Shown piece after piece: positions 9,620-19,675 of a stretch of 64,000 nucleotides of DNA (position 1 is its first letter; the number at the start of each line of letters is the position of its first letter). Source of the DNA: an uncultured Clostridia bacterium (GTDB taxonomy: Bacteria > Bacillota > Clostridia > Christensenellales > UBA1242); NCBI GenBank assembly GCA_944383915.1, contig CALWRJ010000010.1, forward strand, positions 73,178 through 137,177. The letters run 5' to 3'. The notes under the pieces are model-generated. The model was not told the DNA's origin, searched no databases, and worked only from the letters and a program-made list of their open reading frames with translations. Made by a program: the position numbers and the translations under genes.

Positions 9620-11718
9620 AAAAAATATTTTTGGTAGGACTTGCGAACGCGGGGAAGTCCACAATTTTTAACGCTCTTACAAAAAGCCATGTCCATACGG
9701 GAAATTGGCACGGCGTTACGACTGATTCGGCTAAAAATATTCTCGAAATTTTAGGGGAAAAATACGCAATTTACGATTTGCCGGGCGTTTATAGTTTAAC
9801 TCCTTTTACGCCTGAGGAAAGCGTAACTGTTCGTGAGATTTTAAACAATCAAGATGCGCTGATTGTAAATATTATTGATGCGAATAATTTAGCGCGCTCA
9901 TTAAATCTTACAGTTCAACTTTTAGAACTAGGTTTAAAAGTCGTAGTTGGTCTAAATTTTTTCGATGATGCAAAAAAACGCGGTATTGAAATTGATATAT
10001 CTGCGCTTCAAAATAGCCTTAATTGTATTGTTTTGCCTTTAAGCCTAAAAAACAAAAAATTAATAGAGATTTTTAGCACTTTTATTAAACAAGGAAAGAA
10101 ATTAGAGCCACCGAAATATATAGGAGGGTGGCAGTTAGAACGAGTTTATAATTCGTTAAATGGTGTATGTAAACCTGAATACAACACCTACAACGCAATT
10201 CGCTTGCGCGAAGGAGCGGTTGACGAAATTTGGGGGTGCGAGCCGACTCTTAACGAACAAGCAAATTTGCGTAATTTTGCCTTTTTTGATGGTGTAAAAC
10301 GAATCTATGTTGATAGGCAAAAAAATATCGATAAAATACTCGAAAAATGTTTAATAAATGAGGGAAAAATACCATATGGTAGTAATAAATTAGATAAAAT
10401 TATATTAAATAAATATCTTGCGTTACCGTGTTTTTTGTTTGTAATGCTTGCGATATTTTTTATAACATTTGGATATATTGGCGATATTTTATGTAGAATT
10501 ACCGAGTATCTAGCAGTTGATGTTATCGGTGGCGGAATAATTTGGCTATTTAACTTATTGAGTGCGCCTATTTGGCTGATTGACTTTTTTAATCAAGCAT
10601 TAATAGGTGGGTTAGGAAGTATTTTTGGCTTTTTACCTCAAGTTGTTTTACTATTTTTATTTTTAGAAATTTTGGAACAAAGTGGTTATATTTCGCGTCT
10701 TGCGTGGACACTTGATTCGCTGTGCTCTCGGCTGGGGCTGTCTGGAAGAAGTGTTTTTAGTTTGTTAATGGGGTTTGGGTGCAGTACAACAGCGATTCCT
10801 ACCACAAAGACGATAAAAAATGACAACGCGCGCAAAAAAACAGTTTTGCTAATACCGTATATGTCTTGTAGTGCAAAATTACCAGTATATAGCGCGCTTG
10901 CGGGTGCGTTTTTCGGCGTAAATAGTGTTTTTATAATTTTTGGGCTTTATTTACTCGGCGTTGGGGTGGCAATATTACTTGCTTTTATTTCACAAAAAAT
11001 TTATCCAACAATTACAAATATCGAAGTGCTAGAATTTACTCCTATGCGTATGCCGAGTGCAAAAAAAGTTTTTTCAATAGTAAGTACTCATACACTTGAA
11101 TTTTTGGCGCGAATTTGGAAAGTCTTGCTCGCTTGCACGATAATTATTTGGTTTCTTGATAATTTAACACTGTCTTTTAGTTATATAACTGACGAAAACG
11201 CGCAAAATAGCATTTTGGAAAGTATTGCAAAAATATTAGCGCCTATTTTTGCTCCACTAGGTTTTGGGTGGGGCGCTGTGTGTGCTCTATTATTTGGGCT
11301 GGTTGCAAAAGAATTGACGCTTTCGGGTATTGCAATACTTAATAATGTTAGTGGAAGCGAAGTTGCAAGTAGTATTTTAGGTGGTGGAATTGTGTCGTTT
11401 ACGCCTGCTTCGGTGTTATCCTTCTTGGTGTTCTGCTTACTATATTCTCCATGCATAAGTGCGTTAATTCAAGTTAGAAATAATGTGCCTAAAAAGATGT
11501 TTTGGTGGTATATAGTAGGGCAATTTTGTGTAGCGTACATCTTTGCTTTGATTACTTACGGAATTGCGTCACTTGTCACTATGCTAGGATTGATTGAAAG
11601 TGCGTGGCTGTGTCTTGCTGTTGTAGTCGTGTTTATCGTGCTAGAAATCTTTATAATTAGCCTTATAAACAAAAAAAATTGTGGCGCGTGCAATTATTGT
11701 AAAATAAATCGTAAATAA
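9616..11718 (+). CDS. feoB: ferrous iron transporter FeoB
   Basis: N-terminal G domain (GLANAGKSTIFNALT, DLPG) followed by a polytopic membrane domain. Confidence 0.95.
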   Translation: MKKIFLVGLANAGKSTIFNALTKSHVHTGNWHGVTTDSAKNILEILGEKYAIYDLPGVYSLTPFTPEESVTVREILNNQDALIVNIIDANNLARSLNLTVQLLELGLKVVVGLNFFDDAKKRGIEIDISALQNSLNCIVLPLSLKNKKLIEIFSTFIKQGKKLEPPKYIGGWQLERVYNSLNGVCKPEYNTYNAIRLREGAVDEIWGCEPTLNEQANLRNFAFFDGVKRIYVDRQKNIDKILEKCLINEGKIPYGSNKLDKIILNKYLALPCFLFVMLAIFFITFGYIGDILCRITEYLAVDVIGGGIIWLFNLLSAPIWLIDFFNQALIGGLGSIFGFLPQVVLLFLFLEILEQSGYISRLAWTLDSLCSRLGLSGRSVFSLLMGFGCSTTAIPTTKTIKNDNARKKTVLLIPYMSCSAKLPVYSALAGAFFGVNSVFIIFGLYLLGVGVAILLAFISQKIYPTITNIEVLEFTPMRMPSAKKVFSIVSTHTLEFLARIWKVLLACTIIIWFLDNLTLSFSYITDENAQNSILESIAKILAPIFAPLGFGWGAVCALLFGLVAKELTLSGIAILNNVSGSEVASSILGGGIVSFTPASVLSFLVFCLLYSPCISALIQVRNNVPKKMFWWYIVGQFCVAYIFALITYGIASLVTMLGLIESAWLCLAVVVVFIVLEIFIISLINKKNCGACNYCKINRK

Positions 11719-11796
11719 TTGAAATTAAAAAGCAAAAATCTTGTAAAAATAATTATTTTATGGTAAAATTTGTCTAAACATTAACGAGGTGCAGAA

Positions 11797-13116
11797 ATGA
11801 ACAAGCCGATTGTGGCAGTGGTAGGGCGCCCAAATGTCGGTAAATCGAGTTTTTTTAATCGCGTGGCAGGGAAGCGAATAAGCATTGTTGAGGATATTCC
11901 AGGGGTAACGCGCGATAGAATTTACGCCGATGCCGATTGGGCTGGATATGCTTTTACTTTGATTGATACAGGTGGAATTACGCCATCAAAAGATGACGAG
12001 TGGCAAGAGTATATTTTGATGCAAGCGCAGTTGGCAATCGATGTTGCCGATGTTGTGCTTATGATTGTTGATGGACGCGAAGGTGCAACACCAAACGACC
12101 AACATGTTGCGCAAATTTTAAGAAAAAGCAAAAAACCTATAATACTTGCCGTAAATAAGACAGAAAATTTAAATCCTGATGAAGCAATAGCATTTTACGA
12201 ATTAGGACTTGGCGAACCTATGCCGATGAGTTGTACGCACGGAACGGGAGTTGCTGATGTGCTAGACGCAATAGTTGCAAAATTTAAAAATAAGGTTGAT
12301 GCGCTTTCAAAAGATGAAAGGCTAAATGTTGCTATTGTTGGCAGGCCAAATGCTGGAAAAAGTAGCATTACAAATAAGTTGTTAGGCGAGGATAGGGTGG
12401 TCGTAAGTGATGTTGCAGGAACGACTCGTGACGCGGTTGATATTCCCTTTAAGTATAATGGAAAAAATTACACGCTTATTGACACCGCAGGAATTAGGCG
12501 CAAGAACAAAATTGATTATGAGTCAATAGAAGGTTTTAGCGTGATGCGAAGCCTTGCTGCAATTAGGCGCGCTGATATCGTTATTTATGTACTTGATGCG
12601 AGCGGAGAAATTACCGAACAAGATGTACGAATTTTGGGATATGTTCACGAACAAGGCAAGCCTAGCGTTATTTTATATAACAAGTGGGACTTAGTCGAAA
12701 AAGACAGTAGCACGGTTAATCGATATAAAAATATTCTGCGTTCGAGTTTAAAATTTATGGATTATTTTGTTGTAGAGTATGTTTCGGCTTTAAAAGGTAT
12801 TCGTATGGGGCAGATTATGGAAAAGGTTGAGTATGTGTACAACAACGCTTGCACGCGTATTACAACAGGGTTACTTAACGAAATTTTACAAGACGCCCTT
12901 TCGACTCAAGAACCGCCAACACATAATGGGCGAAGGCTTAAAGTTAACTATATTACGCAGGTTGGAATTTGTCCGCCGACATTTGCAATTTTTGTAAACA
13001 ATCCAGACCTTGTACATTTTAGTTATATAAGGTATTTAGAAAATTGTCTAAGGCGCGCCAAAAATTTCGAAGGTACGCCGATAAAAATTTATATTAGAAA
13101 AAAGAGTAAAGAATAA
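11797..13116 (+). CDS. der: ribosome-associated GTPase Der/EngA
   Basis: Two tandem G domains (GRPNVGKSSFFN and GRPNAGKSSITN) plus a KH-like C-terminus. Confidence 0.95.
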   Translation: MNKPIVAVVGRPNVGKSSFFNRVAGKRISIVEDIPGVTRDRIYADADWAGYAFTLIDTGGITPSKDDEWQEYILMQAQLAIDVADVVLMIVDGREGATPNDQHVAQILRKSKKPIILAVNKTENLNPDEAIAFYELGLGEPMPMSCTHGTGVADVLDAIVAKFKNKVDALSKDERLNVAIVGRPNAGKSSITNKLLGEDRVVVSDVAGTTRDAVDIPFKYNGKNYTLIDTAGIRRKNKIDYESIEGFSVMRSLAAIRRADIVIYVLDASGEITEQDVRILGYVHEQGKPSVILYNKWDLVEKDSSTVNRYKNILRSSLKFMDYFVVEYVSALKGIRMGQIMEKVEYVYNNACTRITTGLLNEILQDALSTQEPPTHNGRRLKVNYITQVGICPPTFAIFVNNPDLVHFSYIRYLENCLRRAKNFEGTPIKIYIRKKSKE

Positions 13117-13118
13117 TT

Positions 13119-14018
13119 ATGGATATAGTTCTTATTATTGGTTTAGTAATGATTAGTTACCTTTTTGGTAGCATAAGTTTTGGGCGTTTGCTTGCGCGTG
13201 GGCAAAAAGTCGATGTTACAACTCAAGGTTCGGGGAACACAGGCGCTACAAATATGCTCCGTACTTATGGAGCAAAGTTAGGAGCGCTAACTCTCCTTTT
13301 AGATTTGTTGAAAGGAATAATTCCAGCGCTTGTAGGATACTTTGCGTTTGGTGGCGCTGGTGCCATTCCTGATAGTTACATAGGGCTTTATGCGTGCGGA
13401 CTTGCAACAGTTTTAGGGCATATTTTTCCGCTATACTACAAGTTTAAAGGCGGAAAGGCGGCAGCAACGGCTTGCGGTGTGTTTTTAGTTGCACAACCTG
13501 TAATCGCTCTATGTGCGTTCGTTTTGTGCGTTGGCCTTGCTTTTATAATAAAATATGTTTCGCCGATGTCACTTGTCTTTATGTTTATTAATGTTTTGTG
13601 GCAATGCTTGTTTATGCCAGAGTTTACTTTTGCACCAGGAGAAAGTGTTGCAGTAGTTGTGCTTGTAGTTTTAATAGGTGTAGCAGTTTATGGCGCGCAT
13701 TGGCAAAACATTGTTAGATTGTTTAATGGTACGGAGCGCAGAACGGACCTTTGGGCAAAATTTACTGAGAAGGTGAAAAAATCTAGCGATGAAAATAAGC
13801 AAATTAGCGAACAAGAAATTGAACAAGACGCGCAGGACGAAGTGAAAATCGAGAAAGAAGCGGACAGCGAAAGTTTAAATGAAAGCAACGAAATTTTAAA
13901 TGAGAGCAGTGAAAGTTTAAATAAAGATAGTGAAAAGAACAAATTTAAAGATAGCGAAAATAACGATGATGCTATTGAGAACGAAAAAGAGAATGATGGC
14001 GAAAGCAAATCAAAATAA
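13119..14018 (+). CDS. plsY: acyl-phosphate glycerol-3-phosphate acyltransferase PlsY, paralog 1, with ~85-aa acidic S/E/N-rich tail
   Basis: GSGNTGATNMLRTYG, LLLDLLKG, GHIFPLYYKFKGGKAAAT motifs. Conserved der-plsY linkage. Confidence 0.9.
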   Translation: MDIVLIIGLVMISYLFGSISFGRLLARGQKVDVTTQGSGNTGATNMLRTYGAKLGALTLLLDLLKGIIPALVGYFAFGGAGAIPDSYIGLYACGLATVLGHIFPLYYKFKGGKAAATACGVFLVAQPVIALCAFVLCVGLAFIIKYVSPMSLVFMFINVLWQCLFMPEFTFAPGESVAVVVLVVLIGVAVYGAHWQNIVRLFNGTERRTDLWAKFTEKVKKSSDENKQISEQEIEQDAQDEVKIEKEADSESLNESNEILNESSESLNKDSEKNKFKDSENNDDAIENEKENDGESKSK

Positions 14019-14046
14019 GTGTAATATTTAGCAAAGGGAGGTCGGC

Positions 14047-14931
14047 ATGAACTATTGGTTGCTTGCGATTTTAGTGGTCGTGTGCTATTTTATCGGTAAC
14101 ATAAATTTCGGTAGAATTATTTCACGCACAAAAAATGTCGACCTAACTAAAAAGGGTTCGGGAAATTTAGGCGCTACTAATATGTACCGCACTCTTGGTG
14201 CAAAACTTGGGTATCTAACTTTACTTCTTGATGCACTAAAAGGTATAATTTCGGCATTAGTTGGGTATTTTGTATTTGGTGGAGCAAGTGGAGTGTATCC
14301 TGATGCGCTGATAGGCTTGTATTCGTGCGGGCTTGTGGCAATCATTGGCCATATTTTCCCTGTAATATATAAATTTAAGGGCGGAAAAGGAATTTCAACT
14401 ACGATTGGTGTATTTTTGGTATCACAGCCACTTGTAACCCTTATAACTTTTGTCTTTTGCTTTGTGTTGGTTTGGTATGTAAAATATGTTTCGCTTGCCT
14501 CACTAATTTTGGTAACCGTTGGTGTCGTTGTGCAAAATCTAATGTTGCCCGAGCCGAATCTTACAATAACTCTTTTAACTTTTGCAATTTTTGTGCTTAC
14601 TTGGTTTGCGCATCGCAAAAATATCGAAAGGCTAATTGTAGGTAAGGAGAACGAAACAAACATCAAACTAAAAATTATGCGCGACCAGAAAAAACTCGCG
14701 CGTCTTGCGGTTAGACAAGAGCAAATAGAGGCTAAAAGCGAAATAAAGAACGAATTAAAGCAAGAAAAAATTATTTATAAAACTGAGAAAAAAGAACATA
14801 AAACGAAATACAAGTTAAATAAAAAAAGTATTAAAAATGAGAAAAAATACAACGCAAAATTTCAAAAAGCCACTCTCAAAAAGCACAAGCCTTGCAAGGT
14901 AAAGGGTAAGAGTAAAAAGAAAAGCAAATAA
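14047..14931 (+). CDS. plsY: PlsY paralog 2 with ~95-aa lysine-rich basic tail
   Basis: GSGNLGATNMYRTLG, LLLDALKG, GHIFPVIYKFKGGKGIST motifs. GGGAGG RBS. Confidence 0.9.
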   Translation: MNYWLLAILVVVCYFIGNINFGRIISRTKNVDLTKKGSGNLGATNMYRTLGAKLGYLTLLLDALKGIISALVGYFVFGGASGVYPDALIGLYSCGLVAIIGHIFPVIYKFKGGKGISTTIGVFLVSQPLVTLITFVFCFVLVWYVKYVSLASLILVTVGVVVQNLMLPEPNLTITLLTFAIFVLTWFAHRKNIERLIVGKENETNIKLKIMRDQKKLARLAVRQEQIEAKSEIKNELKQEKIIYKTEKKEHKTKYKLNKKSIKNEKKYNAKFQKATLKKHKPCKVKGKSKKKSK

Positions 14932-15080
14932 GATTTTGCTTAAAAAGAGTAAATTTTCGCAATTTTTTGATATTTTTCTATATTTTTTGCGTTTTAAATT
15001 AAATTTACTTTACAAATAAAACTGTATTTTGTAAAATATAATTAAAAGTTTGATTTTTGCTTGTGGAGATGGAGGTATCT

Positions 15081-16139
15081 ATGAAAATAAAATCAAAAAT
15101 CGGTGATGGTTTTTTTATTGGACTAGTTGTATTTACGATTTTAACTCTTGCAATGTATGTTTTGTGGGTGCTAACTAATACTTGGTGGCCTGCAATTTTG
15201 CTTACTGCGATTCTTTTAATCGTTATTGCCCCTGTTTATTTCTTTACATATTATGAATTAACGCGTACCGAACTCAAAATCTATTCTGGAATACTAGGGA
15301 AGTCTATTCCGTATCGTTCAATCATTTCAATGACCGATGCTGATAGCATTGCACCTGGATTTTGTTTGAGTCACCGCAGAATACTAATTCGCTATATGGA
15401 AGGGGACAAAATAAAGGCAACTTATGTTTCACCAGCCAACCGTGAGCAGTTCCGCGATTTAGTAAATGCTGAAATAAACAAAACTGTTGCCCTATATGAA
15501 GATGCGCCAAAGACGAAGTTGGATAAAGATGTTGCAAAGGCGCGTAAGACTCCTGTTGAACCGACAAACGCAGAAATTCGTGCGGTAAAGGTGGCAGAAC
15601 AAGAGGAACAAGCACGCAACCAGGCAGTTGTTGATAAGGAATTGAGAAATCTTGATAAAATAATCGCGCAAAATTCGAGTCCTGTATCTCAACAAGAGCG
15701 AAAGAAAGCGGAGAATAAACTTCTTGCAAAGGTTAGGAAGTTGAGTCGCAAGTCTAAAAAAGACGAAGCAGAATCTACAACAGCTCACGAAACAGAGGAG
15801 CAAAAGCAAAAGCGTCTTGCAAAAGAAAAGGCAAGCCTAATTAATGCGATTGAAAATGCGAAAAAAGACCAGTATGTTCCTCCAAAACACCAAAGTGCAA
15901 AAAGCACGGCAAAAACTGAGCCCGCAGAAGTGGTAGACTTGACGGAGTCAGTTAACAATTCGGCTAAAAAAGTTAAAAAGGTAGATACTGAAAATCATAC
16001 TGTTAATTTAGATGAAGTAAAGGCTGACGAAAAAGCAACTGAGACAAAAGAGCCTAAAAAAGAGAAAAAGACCAAAGTTGAGCAGGCGAAAAAATCAAAA
16101 GCAGTTGTTAAAAAGATAAAAAAAGTTAACCAAAGATAA
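15081..16139 (+). CDS. membrane protein with bacterial PH-like domain and long K/E/A-rich tail
   Basis: ATG at 15081 with GGAGG RBS. Two N-terminal TM helices, then a short beta-rich segment resembling YdbS/bPH-type domains. The rest is low complexity. Confidence 0.55.
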   Translation: MKIKSKIGDGFFIGLVVFTILTLAMYVLWVLTNTWWPAILLTAILLIVIAPVYFFTYYELTRTELKIYSGILGKSIPYRSIISMTDADSIAPGFCLSHRRILIRYMEGDKIKATYVSPANREQFRDLVNAEINKTVALYEDAPKTKLDKDVAKARKTPVEPTNAEIRAVKVAEQEEQARNQAVVDKELRNLDKIIAQNSSPVSQQERKKAENKLLAKVRKLSRKSKKDEAESTTAHETEEQKQKRLAKEKASLINAIENAKKDQYVPPKHQSAKSTAKTEPAEVVDLTESVNNSAKKVKKVDTENHTVNLDEVKADEKATETKEPKKEKKTKVEQAKKSKAVVKKIKKVNQR

Positions 16140-16144
16140 TAAAA

Positions 16145-16172
16145 AAATCACAGTTTTACTACTGTGATTTTT
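16145..16172 (+). terminator. rho-independent terminator
   Basis: aaatcacag / ctgtgattt stem plus a T-run. Confidence 0.65.
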
Positions 16173-16326
16173 AAATAAATGACATTTTTAAGGGAAAATT
16201 ATTTTTAAAAAAGTAAATTTAAAGAGAAAAGTTATTTTAACAAACAAGTAATGTAAAAAAATCTAAAAATAATGAAGCCATATTATTTTTGTCTACAAAA
16301 AATTTTAACATTGATTTTTAAAAGCC

Positions 16327-17073
16327 TTAATTAGTAAGGGTAGTGTTTTTTGGACTTTGAGGGAATGATTCAACATCTGGGGGAGTTATTGATTCTAGGT
16401 CGACATAGTAGTTATCGGGTTTGTTTTCGTTATAATAGACATTTACTAAACTATTTGTAGTTACGATATGGCTTTGTTTAAAGGGGAAACTCTCAAATCG
16501 CGCGTGGATATTTTCGTCAATCGGCTCGCAAATTACTACATTGTTTACAAGCCTTCCATTCATTCTGTACGAAGTGTCGGGGATAACATCAGTAATTCTA
16601 CATTTAATAATTTTTCCGTTTGCGCGAGCGGACTTTAAAAGTAATTCTTTTTTGTGGTATTTTAATAGCATTAAACTGCCAACAAGAGCGAAAACAACAC
16701 CAAATGCAAAAAGGATACAAGGAATAAAGATTGCAGGAAATAGCGAAGTCGTTTTCGTGGGGTCATTTTTGTGACAATAAATTGTTATCTCATCACCAAC
16801 TGCCATTCCCGAACTCCAATAATTTAATTCAATATTGGAGTATTGCTCTCCATTAAATTCGAAATCTACAAATACATCATAACTCCTATCACCATCTCTA
16901 TCACGATAAGAATTTATTTCTACGATTGTAGCTGTTGTGGCTTGGTAATCTTGCGTCAAAACACCATAATAAATAGCGAGCGCGATACTTCCTAAAATTA
17001 GCAAACTTCCAATAATCGTAAAAACGATTAGAATCGCGGTAGGCTGTTTACTTGCTTTAATTTTTTGCGCCAT
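16327..17073 (-). CDS. DUF3592-like membrane protein (two beta-rich modules separated by TM helices)
   Basis: TM - ATIVEINSYRDRDGDRSYDVFVDFEFNGEQY...ITIYC - TM - TM - second similar module. AGGAG RBS. Confidence 0.65.
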   Translation of the reverse strand: MAQKIKASKQPTAILIVFTIIGSLLILGSIALAIYYGVLTQDYQATTATIVEINSYRDRDGDRSYDVFVDFEFNGEQYSNIELNYWSSGMAVGDEITIYCHKNDPTKTTSLFPAIFIPCILFAFGVVFALVGSLMLLKYHKKELLLKSARANGKIIKCRITDVIPDTSYRMNGRLVNNVVICEPIDENIHARFESFPFKQSHIVTTNSLVNVYYNENKPDNYYVDLESITPPDVESFPQSPKNTTLTN

Positions 17074-17339
17074 AATTTCTCCTAAACTCTATATCAATTT
17101 ATATATTATCATATAAAAAATTAATTGTCTATAAAATATAACTAATGCTAAATTTAAAATTTGTTGTTTAATAAAATAATGTAAAGTTAATTTAATATAT
17201 TTGCGATATAAATTAATTAGTAACGATGTAAACATCATTTCAGTTTTGCGAAATTTGGTATTGCTTTGTTTTTTAGCTAGGTGTATTGAAATTAATATAA
17301 TAATATGTTATAATGAATTACAAAAGAAAGGATATATTT

Positions 17340-18845
17340 ATGAGAATAACAAGAAAGGGAATTATAGAGAATAAAGAATTTTTAACGAAGTATGTTGAGC
17401 AAAACTTGCTTAAACAAAAAGATGAATTTTATCCTATTGCATATTATAATGGCTCTCATATTTTTACTGGTTCAATAGAATCAGTAGCGGTAAAAGGATT
17501 GGATATTAATAAATCATCAAGATTTATAAAATTACCAAATCCTAGTAAAAAAGATTATTATGCTTGCGCAATATATGCTCGAAAAAATGATTTTGCTAAA
17601 ATAAACGGTATGTTTGGCTATTCGCTTAATGAAAAATTTAAAATATCTCCAGATATTGAAGTTTATAATGCCTTCAAATACAACTTTTATGGAGAAAAAC
17701 GCAAGCCACATGATATACCTATTTTAATAGCTGATGCTAGTCATTTTAGCGAGGAAAACATAACACCATTTATGCAAACTTTAAAAAATAAATATAATGT
17801 TGATACTATATACTATAAAGTTTTGCGCAATGTAAGTGGTGAGATTCGAGAGTACTTTGAGGTAAATTGCGACCTATCTGTTTTTTATAAAAATTTTCAA
17901 ACTAGTAAAAATAGAGAAAGTTATTTAAAACGGATAGTATCGGATGCTTTGAATTATTTTGATAAGCATTTTGATTATATTTATTTAGTTCAAGCGGACG
18001 GTCAAGATATTTGTAGTATTGATAAGCATAGATCAAAAATACAAAAGCGATTAGACGAGTATTCTTATGATATAAGACCGATGCCATATAAATTTGTTGA
18101 ATATTTTGCAAATAAAGGATTTAAAGTAGATTCTACCAAATTAGAGAAAGAACAAAAATCTTTGCCGTTCCAAAGAAAGTATGCAGGCATATATACAACA
18201 AGTTTAAATGAAAAAATAAATTTAGTTCGTGCCGATGATGAGTTTTATCGAACTGCTTTGTTTTATTTGGAGAAAGCAAAGAATCCTAAAGGACTTACAG
18301 TAAATGATAGTTTAGCATTAGAATATCCTGATAAAAAGTACCTTGATGTTCGAATTATTCAAGAAGACGGTAAGCCTGCATATGCAAAAAGTATTTCTGT
18401 GACTTCAAAAGACGATGAAGTTTTTGCTACAACTATGCCATTATTTTATAATAGGTGGAAAAAATTAGGTTTGTTAAATAGAGTAGACGATTTGTATTAT
18501 ATCAATGTTTACAACGAATTACGCGATTGCTCTCAAACTTCTTTTGCTATTGTGCAGACTGATTTTGTAGATGAGACGGAAAAAGTATTAAATGAATTAA
18601 GTAAACGCTATAAATATGAATTTCAATCACAGCCCATAGTTCGCGAAATAGCGGGTGAACCTAAAGAGTGTTTTGAGTTGAGTCTAGATTTGTTTTCAAA
18701 TAGTGAGTTTAGATTTTCGCGTGTAGATGAGTTTCGTAAAAAGGCTACACCTATCTTATGCGATATAAAAGCAGAAACGAGCGACTATGCTGATAAAAAT
18801 GGGCTAGAATGTTACACAATTTGCGCAAATGGTGCTATAAAATAA
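17340..18845 (+). CDS. hypothetical protein (~500 aa) with an internal ~50-aa duplication
   Basis: ATG at 17340 with AAAGGA RBS preferred. Visibly AT-rich gene. Repeat: VLRNVSGEIREYFEVNCDL vs IVREIAGEPKECFELSLDL. Confidence 0.55.
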   Translation: MRITRKGIIENKEFLTKYVEQNLLKQKDEFYPIAYYNGSHIFTGSIESVAVKGLDINKSSRFIKLPNPSKKDYYACAIYARKNDFAKINGMFGYSLNEKFKISPDIEVYNAFKYNFYGEKRKPHDIPILIADASHFSEENITPFMQTLKNKYNVDTIYYKVLRNVSGEIREYFEVNCDLSVFYKNFQTSKNRESYLKRIVSDALNYFDKHFDYIYLVQADGQDICSIDKHRSKIQKRLDEYSYDIRPMPYKFVEYFANKGFKVDSTKLEKEQKSLPFQRKYAGIYTTSLNEKINLVRADDEFYRTALFYLEKAKNPKGLTVNDSLALEYPDKKYLDVRIIQEDGKPAYAKSISVTSKDDEVFATTMPLFYNRWKKLGLLNRVDDLYYINVYNELRDCSQTSFAIVQTDFVDETEKVLNELSKRYKYEFQSQPIVREIAGEPKECFELSLDLFSNSEFRFSRVDEFRKKATPILCDIKAETSDYADKNGLECYTICANGAIK

Positions 18846-18887
18846 ATTTTGTATGTAAAAAAATTTTTTGTTTGGAGTAAAATAAGA

Positions 18888-19604
18888 GTGAAAAGTAATC
18901 AAAATAAAAATGATGATAGTATAGATATTATTGCTAAAAATATAAAAATTAAAAAAATTTTATTAGGTGTTTGGTTTGGTATACTTGCGGCACTATTAAT
19001 TGCTGTGTTTATTTTAGGACAAGCAGGGCAAGAGGGCGAGTACGAAAAGATTGAAGGTATTATTATGATTGTTTGGGCTGTTCTTGTCGTGATTGGCGGA
19101 ATAGCCGCGCTTGTTATTAATAAATTTATGCCAACGCCTGATACCGCACTTTTTCAAACTGATGTAGAAAATTTGCCCCAGTATGATTTTGATTATCAAA
19201 GTGTAACAGAGCCAAAAGCCGAATTTGATTGTTTAAAATATTTGTTAGATGAAAAAGGGCATTTTAAAGGAGAGCCTGAGCCGAGTAAAATCGAGTTTAC
19301 TGACTATGGTGTTGAGCATTTAGGACAAATTACTCAATATATTGATATAGTTATGACGCTTGAAGCGGAAGATTCGGGTGAGGAGTTTTCACTCGTTATG
19401 TCTTTTAGCACTGAACAAGGCGGTTTTGAGATTAAACTTGATAAAGATTTGATATATTATATAAAACACTTTAAAATAGAAGTCTTAAATGATAAAGAAT
19501 TTAATTTTTTAATTGAACATCAAACGAAGGCATTAATTCAACTCCGTGCATACGGGTCAATATTAGGTGTTGAAAAGAATAAAAAATCAAAAGATGCAGT
19601 ATAA
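18888..19604 (+). CDS. hypothetical membrane protein (2 TM plus soluble C-terminal domain)
   Basis: ORF is open from a TTG at 18849. GTG at 18888 has GGAG 10 nt upstream, so the start is uncertain. Confidence 0.5.
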   Translation: MKSNQNKNDDSIDIIAKNIKIKKILLGVWFGILAALLIAVFILGQAGQEGEYEKIEGIIMIVWAVLVVIGGIAALVINKFMPTPDTALFQTDVENLPQYDFDYQSVTEPKAEFDCLKYLLDEKGHFKGEPEPSKIEFTDYGVEHLGQITQYIDIVMTLEAEDSGEEFSLVMSFSTEQGGFEIKLDKDLIYYIKHFKIEVLNDKEFNFLIEHQTKALIQLRAYGSILGVEKNKKSKDAV

Positions 19605-19621
19605 AATAATATTAATAAAAT

Positions 19622-19651
19622 AAAAAATGAAGGAATAACCCTTCATTTTTT
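19622..19651. terminator. bidirectional rho-independent terminator between convergent genes
   Basis: A-run, atgaagg / ccttcat stem, then a T-run. Confidence 0.65.
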
Positions 19652-19675
19652 AGTATAAAGATAACAAAACTATTT

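Noticed and set aside
14085-14666. 193-aa antisense ORF inside plsY-2. Similar long antisense ORFs lie at 26252-26977, 31225-31692, 49959-50408, 58245-58956 and 59144-59629.
   Set aside because: All lie opposite well-supported genes and have low-complexity or S/L/F-rich translations typical of antisense frames of AT-rich or K/E-rich coding sequence. None has an RBS.
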